A stretch of 36,828 nt of DNA from Candidatus Rokuibacteriota bacterium (GCA_044866005.1 JBIOTN010000037.1:1-36828); one strand, 5' to 3'; positions 1-8,653 are shown, counted from the first letter of the stretch. Notes: generated by a model from the sequence alone, not told the origin. Translations and numbers: made by a program.

Positions 1-116
1 GTGGGACCCCTTCGCGCTCCTCCCGCAGATCGCCAGAGCTGCGGGAGGGCGCGAACGGGTGACGGAGCCCGGCCGGACCGGGCCAAGCCGGCGACAGGCC
101 CCGCGGCGGCGGACTC

Positions 117-857
117 GTGGCGGTGACAGGAGAGGTGCCCGCTTCGGGCGGCGGTATCGCGGAACGCGTGGCGCGGCTCGACTGGGAGGCGATCGAGCGC
201 GCGCTCTGGACGTGGGGTTACGCGAAGACCCCGCCCGTCCTGACCCCTGAGGAGTGCGCCGGCCTCGTCGCCCTCTACGCGGACGATCGCCGGTTCCGCA
301 GCCGCATCGACATGGCCCGCTACCGCTTCGGCGAAGGCGACTACAAGTACTTCGCCGAGCCGCTCCCGCCCCTCGTCACCGCGCTCCGCGTCCACACCTA
401 CCCGCGCCTGGCCGCGATCGCCAATCGCTGGATGGAGGCGCTCCGCGCCCGTGAGCGCTTTCCGACCGGCCTCGCGGCCCTCCTGGCGCGCTGCGCCCGG
501 CGGGGGCAGACCAAGCCGACGCCGCTCCTCCTCCACTACGAGGCGGGCGGCTACAACTGCCTCCACCGCGACATCTACGGCGACGTGGCGTTCCCGCTCC
601 AGCTCACCTGCTTCCTGAGCCGGCGCGGGACGGATTACACGGGCGGGGAGTTCCTGCTGGTCGAGCAGCGGCCGCGCGCGCAGTCTCGCGGCGAAGCGGT
701 GGCCCCCGAGCAGGGGGAGATCGTCATCTTCGCCACGCGCGATCGGCCGGTGAAAGGAACGAGGGGCTACTTTCGCGCGGGCACACGCCACGGCGTGAGC
801 CGGGTGACGTCAGGCTCGCGCTACACCCTGGGGGTCATCTTCCACAACGCCAAGTAA
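117..857 (+). CDS. 2OG-Fe(II) oxygenase family protein (DUF2086-like)
   Basis: 246-aa ORF with GTG start. Has the HxD motif in YNCLHRD, the segment DYTGGEFLLVEQRPRAQSR, a distal His in RHGVS, and a C-terminal RYTLGVIFH typical of this family. Confidence 0.85.
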   Translation: MAVTGEVPASGGGIAERVARLDWEAIERALWTWGYAKTPPVLTPEECAGLVALYADDRRFRSRIDMARYRFGEGDYKYFAEPLPPLVTALRVHTYPRLAAIANRWMEALRARERFPTGLAALLARCARRGQTKPTPLLLHYEAGGYNCLHRDIYGDVAFPLQLTCFLSRRGTDYTGGEFLLVEQRPRAQSRGEAVAPEQGEIVIFATRDRPVKGTRGYFRAGTRHGVSRVTSGSRYTLGVIFHNAK

Positions 858-971
858 CCGGCATCTCCTGGTGCCTCATTCTGACGGGTCTGCACGGCCG
901 CCCTGGTATCCGGCTGTCGCTGAAAAAGGACGCTGACGGGCCAGGATTCCTCGCGGCCTTAGAGACGAAGC

Positions 972-1045
972 CGCTCCGAGCGCGGGCTTCGCCCGCGCAC
1001 CCGAGGGGGGGCATCGGGGGGGTCTTCCGAGACCCCCCCGAAGAA
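972..1045 (-). repeat. REP-like two-hairpin intergenic element, copy 1
   Basis: Hairpins gcgcgggc-ttc-gcccgcgc and tcgggggggtc-ttccga-gacccccccga. The reverse complement aligns with the copies at 20243 and 27638. Lies between convergent genes. Confidence 0.8.
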
Positions 1046-1046
1046 C

Positions 1047-1556
1047 TCAGTCGCCGCGGCGGTGGCGCCGCGCGTCGCGCTCCTTCAGGATCTCCTCGGA
1101 CGACCGCACCGGCGCGTCCGGTGAGCGCGGGACGCCCAGGGCCTCGCCGAGATCGTCCACCACGCTCTGGTCCGGGGTCGCCACCGAGCCGCCCACCGCT
1201 TCCTCGCCGACGCTGGCGGCCCGCGGCCAGTCGGCATCCACGTCGCCGCCCGTGAGCTTGGGGCTCGTGGCGCGCTGCTCCGCGATCCGCGTCGCCGCCT
1301 CGCGCTCGCGATCGGTGCGGAGGATCGTGGCCTCCCGCGGGGGCGGTCCCTGGAGCTCTCCTTCGGTCAGGCGGCGCCGCCGCTTCGACGTCGCCGTCGC
1401 GCGAGTCCGCGGGGCCTTGCGCCGCACGGTGCGCGTGCGTCGCTTGGCCGCCGTCTTCGAGCCGCGCGCCCGCTTGCGGGGCGCCGCCGTCTTGCGGCGT
1501 GCTGCGGGCTTGGGGCGCTTCTTCCCTTTGCGTGAGGACGATCGCTTTCGCGCCAT
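1047..1556 (-). CDS. DUF6335-like protein with Lys/Arg-rich N-terminal tail
   Basis: C-terminal TSPKLTGGDVDADW..A.SVGEEAVGGSVATPDQ.VVDDLGEALG motif. The first ~60 aa are highly basic. Confidence 0.75.
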   Translation of the reverse strand: MARKRSSSRKGKKRPKPAARRKTAAPRKRARGSKTAAKRRTRTVRRKAPRTRATATSKRRRRLTEGELQGPPPREATILRTDREREAATRIAEQRATSPKLTGGDVDADWPRAASVGEEAVGGSVATPDQSVVDDLGEALGVPRSPDAPVRSSEEILKERDARRHRRGD

Positions 1557-1579
1557 GGTGGGAGCCCTCGCGTGCGGGG

Positions 1580-2236
1580 TTACTGGGTCTTGGTGACGGG
1601 CTTCGCCGCCGCCGCCGGTACCGGTGCCGCCACCTGCTTCTGCTCGAGCTTCTTGACCAGATCGTCGTAGCCGGACTGGGTGATGATCTTGTTGAACTGG
1701 GTCCGGTAGTTCGCCACCAGACTCACGCCCTCGATCACGACGTCGAAGACCTGCCAGCGATTCCCGCCCTTCTGCATCCGGTAGTCGAGCGGGACCTCGG
1801 TGCCCTTCGGGGTCACGATCCGGGAGCGGACGGTCACCGTGTCGCCCTCGGCCTGCTCGGACAGATAGGTCACCTTCTCGCCGCCGTAGGCCTCGATCTT
1901 CCCGACGTACGAGGCCTCGAGCAGATCGGTGAAGAGCTCGGTGAAGCGCTTCTTCTGTTCGGGCGTCCGCTGCGCCCAGTGTCGGCCCAGCGCCCGCTTG
2001 GACAGCTCCTCGAAGTCGAAGAGCCCGCGTGCCACCTCGCGGATCTGGGCGCGCCGCTTCTGCGCGTTCTGCGGCTTCTTGAGCTCCGGATCCTGAACGA
2101 CCTTGAGCACCCGGTCCACGGAGGCCTTCACCTGGTCGGTGGCCGGACCGGCCCAGGCCGGCGTCCCTGCGGTCGTGGTGAGCACGATCGCCGGCAGGGC
2201 CCAGACGATGGCGAGCCGTGCAAGCATCCGCCCCAT
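1580..2236 (-). CDS. mlaC: MlaC/Ttg2D-family periplasmic phospholipid-binding protein
   Basis: Start re-called at ATG 2236 behind GAGGAGG. Has a signal peptide, FDFEELSKRALGRHW, and WQVFDVVIEGVSLVANYRTQF. Confidence 0.85.
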   Translation of the reverse strand: MGRMLARLAIVWALPAIVLTTTAGTPAWAGPATDQVKASVDRVLKVVQDPELKKPQNAQKRRAQIREVARGLFDFEELSKRALGRHWAQRTPEQKKRFTELFTDLLEASYVGKIEAYGGEKVTYLSEQAEGDTVTVRSRIVTPKGTEVPLDYRMQKGGNRWQVFDVVIEGVSLVANYRTQFNKIITQSGYDDLVKKLEQKQVAAPVPAAAAKPVTKTQ

Positions 2237-2403
2237 GCTTCCTCCTCGAGGGTCAGGCCCTCGGCGAGCCTTCGAGTTCTGCGCCGTCGTTCCGGCGAGC
2301 GGCATGCCAGCCGTCCCGACGGGCGTTCCGTCCCCGTCCACCTCCTTGGGACGCGGAGGGCGGCCTCTCCGTTCGCCGCCGGGAGCCAGACGGCTCTCTT
2401 TCC

Positions 2404-3426
2404 CTAGAGCCGCCCGCGCAGCGCCGTGGCAAAGGCCTCGATCACGGCCCGGTCGGTCCGGGTCTCCAGCGGCAGGTACGGGGCCAACCGGTCGAGGATT
2501 CCACCATACCGGCTCCTGAGCGCGTCCGCCAGCCCATCGAGCGGGGCCTCGACGACGAAGGCCCCCAGCATCTCGTCCGTGACCAGCCGTGCCATGCCCG
2601 TCCAGTCGCCCGCCACCGACTTCCGGTGGAGCCGCGGCGTCAGGTCCTGCCAGCCGTGGGCCGCCAGCACGGGCTCGTAGGTGCGGGTCGAGGCGTAGAA
2701 GGCGATCTGCGCCCGCGCCTGCTCCCGCGCCGCCGCCACCTCGGCCCCGGTTCGCCCGGTGACCATGAAGACGGAGGTGGCGAGCGCGATGTCCGAACGC
2801 GACCGGCCGCTCCGGGCGAGCCCTTCCTCGATCTTGGGGAGCGCGAACTCGCGAAGGTAGCGCACGGAGTGGAAGGGGTGGAGGTGGACGCCCTCGCAGA
2901 GCTCGCCGGCGAGGCGCAGGTTGTACGCGTTCACGGCGGCGATGTAGATGGGGATCCGCGGATGCGCGATCGGGCGGGGGGCGAAGAAGGGCGTCATGAG
3001 CGTCACCGCGTAGTGCTCGCCGCGGAAGTCGATCGGCCCGCCGGTCTGCCAGCAGTCCCAGATCGCGCGCAGCGCGAGGATGTACTCGCGAAGGCGCGGG
3101 CCGGGGGCGCTCCACGCCACGGAGAAGCGTCGCTCGTTGTGACCCTTGACCTGCGTGCCGAGCCCCAGGACGAGGCGCCCGTCCGACGCGGCCTGGAGGT
3201 CCCAGGCCGTGTGGGCGACGACGGTCGGGCTGCGGGGGAACGCCACGGCGATCGCGGTGCCGAGGCTCGCGCGCTGTGTGTGCTGGGCCGCGACCGCGAG
3301 GGGGAGGAAGGGATCGTGCCGCGTCTCCGACGCCCACAGCCCGTCGAAGCCGAGCGCCTCCGCGTCGCGCGCCAGGGCGGGCACGTCCCGGAGGCTGTCG
3401 ATGGCGATGTTGACGTCCAGCTTCAT
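2404..3426 (-). CDS. LLM-class (probably F420-dependent) oxidoreductase, TIGR03617-like
   Basis: Motifs ETRHDPF, GTAIAVAFPRSP, LGLGTQVKGHNERRFS and QIAFYASTRTY. Confidence 0.85.
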   Translation of the reverse strand: MKLDVNIAIDSLRDVPALARDAEALGFDGLWASETRHDPFLPLAVAAQHTQRASLGTAIAVAFPRSPTVVAHTAWDLQAASDGRLVLGLGTQVKGHNERRFSVAWSAPGPRLREYILALRAIWDCWQTGGPIDFRGEHYAVTLMTPFFAPRPIAHPRIPIYIAAVNAYNLRLAGELCEGVHLHPFHSVRYLREFALPKIEEGLARSGRSRSDIALATSVFMVTGRTGAEVAAAREQARAQIAFYASTRTYEPVLAAHGWQDLTPRLHRKSVAGDWTGMARLVTDEMLGAFVVEAPLDGLADALRSRYGGILDRLAPYLPLETRTDRAVIEAFATALRGRL

Positions 3427-3456
3427 TTCTTCAGAGGGGGGCTCCGCCCCCGAATA

Positions 3457-4497
3457 CTAGGCCTTCTGGGCCTGGTAGGCCATCTGCTCGAGGCGGGCGA
3501 TGCGCTCGTCGATCGGCGGGTGCGTCGCGAGGACGTCCGCGAAGGCGCCTTCGCGCTCGTTCATCCGGCGCTCCAGGGGGTCGGTGATGCAGAGGTGCGC
3601 CGTCCCGCGGGCGATGAGCCGGGTCGGCGCGGTCGCCGCCTGGAGCTTCCGGAGCGCGCCGGCCAGACCGAGCGGGTTGCGGGTGAGCTCGGCCCCCGAG
3701 GCGTCCGCCAGGTACTCGCGGTGGCGCGAGACGGCGGTGGCGAGGAGCTGGCCGATCAGGGGCGCCAGGGCGATGGCGAGGACCCAGACGACGAAGATCA
3801 GCAGCATGAGCGGGGCGGGCAGCGAGACGCGCCCCCCGCCCTCGTCGTCGCGGCTCTTCCGATCGGCCCGCAGGCGGAGGCGCGAGGCCCAATCACTCAG
3901 GAGCAGCACGGCGCCCAGGAGCGCGGCGACCAGCGTCATCGTCCGGATGTCGTAGTTGCGGATGTGGGACATCTCGTGCGCCACGACGCCCTGGAGCTCG
4001 TCCCGGTTCATCGCCTGGAGCAGCCCCGACGTGACCGCGATGGAGGCGTGGTCGGGGTCCCGGCCGGTGGCGAAGGCGTTCGGGTCCGGGTCCTCCACGA
4101 CGTAGACCTTGGGCATGGGCAGCCCCGCGGCGATCGCCATCTCGGTGACGACGTTCATGAGCACGCGCGCGTTCGGGTCCTCGGGGGCGATGGGCCGCGC
4201 CAGGCTCGAGGCCAGGACCGCGCGGTCGCCGAAGCGGTAGCCGGCCCAGGCGGCGCCGCCGCCGACCAGCAGGGCGAACGTCGCCGCGATCGGGAAGGGG
4301 ACCCGTCCCCGGGCGAGCGCCCCCCCCGCGTCCCCGCCGAGGGCGAAGAGGTCGAGGCCGAAGCCCAGGAAGCCGACGAAGAGCACGAAGAGGGCGACGA
4401 TGAGCCACGTGTTCCGGCGGTTCCGCGCCTGCTCGGCGAAGAGGTTCCGCGCCGCCCGCGGCAGGCTTCGGGCTCGGGTGCGATCGGGGGGATCCAT
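3457..4497 (-). CDS. htpX: HtpX-like M48 membrane zinc metalloprotease
   Basis: PNAFATG, HEMSH (HEXXH), SRHREYLADA and THPP motifs, with hydrophobic transmembrane segments. Directly downstream of lemA. Confidence 0.9.
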   Translation of the reverse strand: MDPPDRTRARSLPRAARNLFAEQARNRRNTWLIVALFVLFVGFLGFGLDLFALGGDAGGALARGRVPFPIAATFALLVGGGAAWAGYRFGDRAVLASSLARPIAPEDPNARVLMNVVTEMAIAAGLPMPKVYVVEDPDPNAFATGRDPDHASIAVTSGLLQAMNRDELQGVVAHEMSHIRNYDIRTMTLVAALLGAVLLLSDWASRLRLRADRKSRDDEGGGRVSLPAPLMLLIFVVWVLAIALAPLIGQLLATAVSRHREYLADASGAELTRNPLGLAGALRKLQAATAPTRLIARGTAHLCITDPLERRMNEREGAFADVLATHPPIDERIARLEQMAYQAQKA

Positions 4498-4502
4498 CCT
4501 CG

Positions 4503-5057
4503 TCAGCGCGTGTCGAAGGCCACGCGGGGCAGTGCCCCGTCTCCCGCGTCCATGCGGAAGAACTCGGCCGGCTGGAAGCCGAGCGCCTCGGCCGCCAGGT
4601 TCACGGGGAACACCTGCTGGCGGGTATTGTAGCGGGCCACCATGTCGTTGTAGAGCTGGCGGGCGAAACCGATCCGGTTCTCCGTGCTGACCAGCTCCTC
4701 CTGGAGCGCGAGCACGTTCCGGTTCGCCTTGAGGTCCGGGTAGCGCTCCATGACGGCCAGGAGGCCGGCGACGGCCTGGCTGAGCGCGCCCTCCGCGGGG
4801 CCGGCCGCGGCGGCGCCGGAGGCCGCCATGGCGCGGGTGCGGGCCGCGGCGATCCGCTCGAAGACCGCGCGCTCGTGCTGCATGTAGCCCTGGACCGCCC
4901 CGACGAGGTTAGGGATGAGATCGTGGCGGCGCTTGAGCTGGACGTCGATCTGGGCCCACGCGTTCCCCACCTGGTTCCGGAGCCCCACCAGGCTGTTGTA
5001 GAGCCAGACCGCGAGCGCCAGGGCCGCCCCGAGCAGGAGGAGCCATCCGAGGCTCAT
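4503..5057 (-). CDS. lemA: LemA family protein
   Basis: Start re-called at ATG 5057. N-terminal TM helix; NAWAQIDVQLKRRHDLIPNLV, ERYPDLKAN and ENRIGFARQLYND. Confidence 0.92.
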   Translation of the reverse strand: MSLGWLLLLGAALALAVWLYNSLVGLRNQVGNAWAQIDVQLKRRHDLIPNLVGAVQGYMQHERAVFERIAAARTRAMAASGAAAAGPAEGALSQAVAGLLAVMERYPDLKANRNVLALQEELVSTENRIGFARQLYNDMVARYNTRQQVFPVNLAAEALGFQPAEFFRMDAGDGALPRVAFDTR

Positions 5058-6010
5058 CCGCCGACGTCCTCCGTGAAGCCGAGGCGGGTATCGAGGCCGT
5101 AGGCGGGCATCGTCGGCCGGTCGCCGAGCCGCACGCTGACCCGCCAGTCCAGCCGCGCGCCGGAGGGGATGGCTTCGACGATGACGCCCACGCGCGTGCC
5201 GGCGGCGACGGGGATGGGGCGCGGCGCCGGGAGGAAGGCGTGGCGTCGGTGCGTGAGCGGCGCGCGGGGCGAGGTGGACAGCGCGAGGTCGGCGTCGAAG
5301 TAGGCGTCGGCCCAGACCGCGAGGCCGTGGAGCGTGCCGTCGCGCTCCACCGCGAGGTAGCGCTGCGCCTCGAACCCCGGCGTCGGCGCGCCCTCGAGCT
5401 CGAGGACGTGGACGCGCGCCGGGGCGGCGAGCAGGCCGTCGCCGTCCAGCGTCTCCCGGTGGAGGCCGTGCCGTGCGAGCGCGCCCACCCGCGAGAGGTC
5501 GAGCCCGTAGGCCGGCCGGAGCCAGACCCCGATGAGCTGCTCCCAGACGGCCGGCGCCTCGATCGGGGCGACGTGGAGCTCGATCCGTTCGGGCAGGACC
5601 CGCCCGCCGGGCCGGAGGAGCCGGTCGCGCGTCTGAAGGAGCGCGGGCAGGAGGTTGTCCCGGAGCGTCATCACCCCCATGGCCTCGGAGATCAGGACAT
5701 CCGCCGGCTGCGGCAGGCTCACCGCCTGCGGCTCGGCCTCCAGGAACTCGACGAGGTGCCCCGCGTCGTTCGCAAGCGCCAGCTCGCGCGCCAGGCGCAC
5801 GACCGGGGTGGGCTCGATCGCGTAGACGCGCCGGGCGCCGGCGCGCGCGCACAGGATGCTGAGGACTCCCGTGCCGGCCCCCAGGTCGACCACGACGTCC
5901 CCCGCGCGGACCCGGCGCGTGATCGCGGTCCGGTAGGCGGCGGTGCGCACGGTGTCCCCGAGGATCTCCCGGTGGATCGCCAGGGCGTCGCGCGCTTCCT
6001 CCGCGGTCAT
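5054..6010 (-). CDS. Protein arginine N-methyltransferase (PRMT)-like class I SAM-dependent methyltransferase
   Basis: IHREILGDTVRT, VVDLGAGTG, DVLISEAMG, RDRLLRPGG, YGLDLS and LSTSPRAPLTH parallel PRMT1 motifs in the same order. Stop codon overlaps the lemA start (ATGA). Confidence 0.8.
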   Translation of the reverse strand: MTAEEARDALAIHREILGDTVRTAAYRTAITRRVRAGDVVVDLGAGTGVLSILCARAGARRVYAIEPTPVVRLARELALANDAGHLVEFLEAEPQAVSLPQPADVLISEAMGVMTLRDNLLPALLQTRDRLLRPGGRVLPERIELHVAPIEAPAVWEQLIGVWLRPAYGLDLSRVGALARHGLHRETLDGDGLLAAPARVHVLELEGAPTPGFEAQRYLAVERDGTLHGLAVWADAYFDADLALSTSPRAPLTHRRHAFLPAPRPIPVAAGTRVGVIVEAIPSGARLDWRVSVRLGDRPTMPAYGLDTRLGFTEDVGG

Positions 6011-6026
6011 GGGGCGGGCCGCGGCG

Positions 6027-6035
6027 ATTGTAGCA
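6027..6035 (-). promoter_or_regulatory. Extended -10 promoter (TG-C-TACAAT) for the PRMT-like gene
   Basis: Lies 16 nt upstream of ATG 6010. No Shine-Dalgarno sequence in between. Confidence 0.55.
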
Positions 6036-6125
6036 GAAGCCCGCGATCGGGCGAAGCGCGCGCCGCCGCGCGGCCGGTCTGGTCGCGGCGGCGTGCGGGG
6101 GCGGTGCGAGGCCGAGGGGGAAGCG

Positions 6126-6800
6126 TTATGACTTGAGCAGGGTCACCTGAAGCATCGTCATGGGGGCGCCGAGGGAGAAGTCGGCGTACTCCAGACAGCG
6201 AACGAACGTGGCGGTCTCGTCCAGATAGGCGAAGCCCGTGGGGCACCCCGCGGGGACCGGGATGAAGAACGTACCGCGAAGCGTCCCGCGGAGACCCAGC
6301 TGGCGGTTCCCCCAGGTGCCGTCGATCAGCGCGACCGGGGCGCCGCTCGCGCCGCTGGACTGCAAGAAGAGCACGGCCGGCCTGAGGTCCATCCGGCCCG
6401 AGATGGTGGTAAACGTGACGAAGACGAGGTCCGAGAGGAGCGGGCTGTCGGGGTTCGTGTCGGCCAGCACGTTGAAGCCGCCCCCGACGGACCCGACGAG
6501 CGTCGTCAGGCTGACCTGGGACCAGGCCGCGGCATCCACCGGACAGGGCGCGGTGTAGACGCACACCTGGCCCGTCGCTTCGCCGACCAGCGTGGCATGG
6601 GCCAGGCGCGCCACGATGCTCGCGGGGTCATCCCCCGTCTTGAACCGGAGGTACTCCTGGACCTCCCAGAGGGTCAGCGTCCCGAACGGGGTCCCCTGGG
6701 CGTCGACGCGCGTCGGTGCCACGCCCACGACGAAGACCGTCGCGAGCGCCACCGCGCCCGCCAGGCGCCGGGTCCTTCCCCACCGCGTTAGCGGTTTCAC
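6126..6800 (-). CDS. Hypothetical secreted protein (~224 aa)
   Basis: Start re-called at GTG 6800 behind GGAGGAG. Signal-peptide-like N-terminus ending VDA-Q. The mature part looks beta-rich and has 4 Cys. Confidence 0.65.
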   Translation of the reverse strand: MKPLTRWGRTRRLAGAVALATVFVVGVAPTRVDAQGTPFGTLTLWEVQEYLRFKTGDDPASIVARLAHATLVGEATGQVCVYTAPCPVDAAAWSQVSLTTLVGSVGGGFNVLADTNPDSPLLSDLVFVTFTTISGRMDLRPAVLFLQSSGASGAPVALIDGTWGNRQLGLRGTLRGTFFIPVPAGCPTGFAYLDETATFVRCLEYADFSLGAPMTMLQVTLLKS

Positions 6801-6867
6801 GGCCGTCTCCTCCGGCTCGCCGACCCCCGAGCCACCGGTCAATGTGGCCATACCCGGGGGCCTGACT

Positions 6868-6884
6868 AGCAAGGAGGCTGCCAA
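6868..6884 (-). promoter_or_regulatory. Sigma54 -24/-12 promoter
   Basis: TTGGCAGCCTCCTTGCT has GG-N10-GC spacing, close to the TGGCACG-N4-TTGCW consensus. It lies ~70 nt upstream of GTG 6800, with an AT-richer tract further upstream. Confidence 0.7.
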
Positions 6885-7045
6885 TCGAGGTGATGAGGAA
6901 AAACGACAATGGATACATTGCGTTATCAGATGGGATTCGCGACGCCCTGAGCAGTTCCGAAGCCGCCTGGCCAATTTCGAGCCAGGGCCGTTGGCGCCCG
7001 GTCCCGCCAGCCGCTCGGCGCGCGCGCGTCGGCCCGAGGGGGGGG

Positions 7046-8125
7046 TCAGTCGGTCCAGTCGGCGACGAAGACGTTGATCTCCCGGGGCGCCGCCGCGCCC
7101 CGGTTCGAGCAGAAGACGAGGCGGCGGCCGTCGCGCGAGACCATGGGGAACGCCGCGAAGGTCTCGGCGTAGGTGAGCCGTTCGAGCCCGCGCCCGTCCC
7201 GGCGGACCAGGTAGAGGGCGAAGTCGAAGCGGCCCGGGTCGTGGAGGTTCGAGGCGAAGACGATCCGCTCGCCGTCCGGGTGAAGGAAGGGCGCCCAGTT
7301 CGCCGCGCCGTTCGCCGTCACCTGCCGCGCGCCGCGTCCGTCGGCGTCCATGACGAAGAGCTCGGCGCGGTGGGGGCGCACGACCCCGCGCGCGAGCAAC
7401 GCCCGGTACTCCGCCAGCTCGTGCGGGTCCCCCGGATGCCACGCGCGCCAGACGATCTGCCGGCCGTCCCAGGAGAAGAAGGGCCCGCCGTCGTAGCCCG
7501 GCCGGTCGGTCAGCCGCCGGACGTGGCGGCCGTCCGCGTCGCAGCCGTAGAGGTCCAGGTCACCGTCGCGGAGGGAGGTGAAGACGATGCGGCGGCCGTC
7601 CGCGGCGACCGCCCCCTCGGCGTCGTAGCCGGGGTGTCCGACGATCCGCCGCAGGGCGCTGCCGTCGACGGCGCAGGCGAAGAGGTCGTAGTCGTGGAGC
7701 GGCCAGACGTACCCCCGCGAGCGGTCCGGCGGCGGCGGGCACTCGGCTGAGGCCAGGTGGGTCGAGGCGTAGAGGAGCTGCGCGCCGTCCGGGAAGAAGT
7801 ACGCGCACGTCGTCCGGCCGCGGCCGGTCGAGACCAGGCGCACCTCGCTGCCGTCGGCCCGCATGGTGAAGATCTGGTCGCAGCCGAAGGGCGGCCGGGT
7901 GGACTGGAAGACCAGCCGCTCGCCCGTCCAGTCGAAGTACGCCTCGGCGTTCTGGCCGCCGAACGTGAGCTGGCGGAGGACGCCGAGGTGCCGCTCGCGG
8001 CCATCGCGCGGCGGCGCGGTCGCGGCGCGCGCGCGGCGGGCGCCCAGGTGCTCGCGGACCGCCGCGAGGGCGCCTCCGAGCCCGAGGCGCAACAGGGCGC
8101 GACGATCGAGCGCCCGGTCGAGCAT
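7046..8125 (-). CDS. TolB-like PD40 beta-propeller protein with probable Tat signal
   Basis: DRRALLRLG twin-arginine-like leader; GGQNAEAYF, GRTTCAYF, GYDAEG, GYDGGPFFS, and repeated S.DG..IVF.S motifs. Confidence 0.85.
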   Translation of the reverse strand: MLDRALDRRALLRLGLGGALAAVREHLGARRARAATAPPRDGRERHLGVLRQLTFGGQNAEAYFDWTGERLVFQSTRPPFGCDQIFTMRADGSEVRLVSTGRGRTTCAYFFPDGAQLLYASTHLASAECPPPPDRSRGYVWPLHDYDLFACAVDGSALRRIVGHPGYDAEGAVAADGRRIVFTSLRDGDLDLYGCDADGRHVRRLTDRPGYDGGPFFSWDGRQIVWRAWHPGDPHELAEYRALLARGVVRPHRAELFVMDADGRGARQVTANGAANWAPFLHPDGERIVFASNLHDPGRFDFALYLVRRDGRGLERLTYAETFAAFPMVSRDGRRLVFCSNRGAAAPREINVFVADWTD

Positions 8126-8143
8126 CGGCGCGCGGCTCCAGGG

Positions 8144-8653
8144 CTACTTGGCTTCGGGAAGGCCCGCGGCGTTCCGGATCTTGGCGAGCTGGCCCGCGTG
8201 GTCGTTCCAGTGGTGCTCGAACAGCGCGCCCACGTAGGCCGCGATCGGGACCTCGTCCGTGCCCATGAACTGCTTGAACAACGGGATCCGCGCCTTCCGC
8301 CGTTCGAGGTCGCCCTCCGGCAGCCGCTCCAGGTGGGCGAACACGCTCCGCCGCTGCGCCTCGAGCACCTCCGTGAACTGCCGGAGCGTCATCTTCTTCC
8401 GCTCGGGATCCACGATCACCTCGCCGGGCTTGATCTCCACGACCGGCAGGTTCCGCTCGGAGAACCTCTCCACGACCGGGACCGGCTTCCACCCGGGCTC
8501 GAAGAGCAGGTGCGCGAGCACCTGGCGCGTCGTCCACTCGCCCGGCGCGTCCGAGCGCTCCATGTGGGGCTCCATGCCCTGGAGCTGCCGCGACAGGTTC
8601 GCCCACGCGCTGTCGGTCCGCTTCCGCAGATCGTCGAGGACCTTGTTGGCCAT
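8144..8653 (-). CDS. DinB-superfamily protein
   Basis: Start re-called at ATG 8653 behind GGAGGG. GEWTTRQVLAHL and HHWNDHAGQL provide the His triad pattern. Confidence 0.75.
   Translation of the reverse strand: MANKVLDDLRKRTDSAWANLSRQLQGMEPHMERSDAPGEWTTRQVLAHLLFEPGWKPVPVVERFSERNLPVVEIKPGEVIVDPERKKMTLRQFTEVLEAQRRSVFAHLERLPEGDLERRKARIPLFKQFMGTDEVPIAAYVGALFEHHWNDHAGQLAKIRNAAGLPEAK

Noticed and set aside
972..1045. Palindromic repeats as a CRISPR array or IS ends
   Set aside because: The copies are dispersed rather than regularly spaced with unique spacers, and there is no cas or transposase gene in the window.
2293..2310. Sigma54-like TGGCATGCCGCTCGCC upstream of mlaC
   Set aside because: GG-N10-GC spacing is right, but the -12 element lacks TTGC. 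Too weak in GC-rich DNA.
1580..3337. Long N-terminal extensions in the ORF track (mlaC 585 aa, lemA 449 aa, uvrA 987 aa, 6126..7442, 32455..33306)
   Set aside because: The extensions overlap other genes and are Arg/Pro/Gly-rich noise. Downstream starts fit family lengths and mostly have an RBS.
2218..4632. 804-aa plus-strand ORF and similar long antisense ORFs (8713..10596, 12427..15342, 16246..17994, 24014..26104)
   Set aside because: These are shadow ORFs opposite well-supported genes. They are expected in very GC-rich DNA and carry no recognisable motifs.
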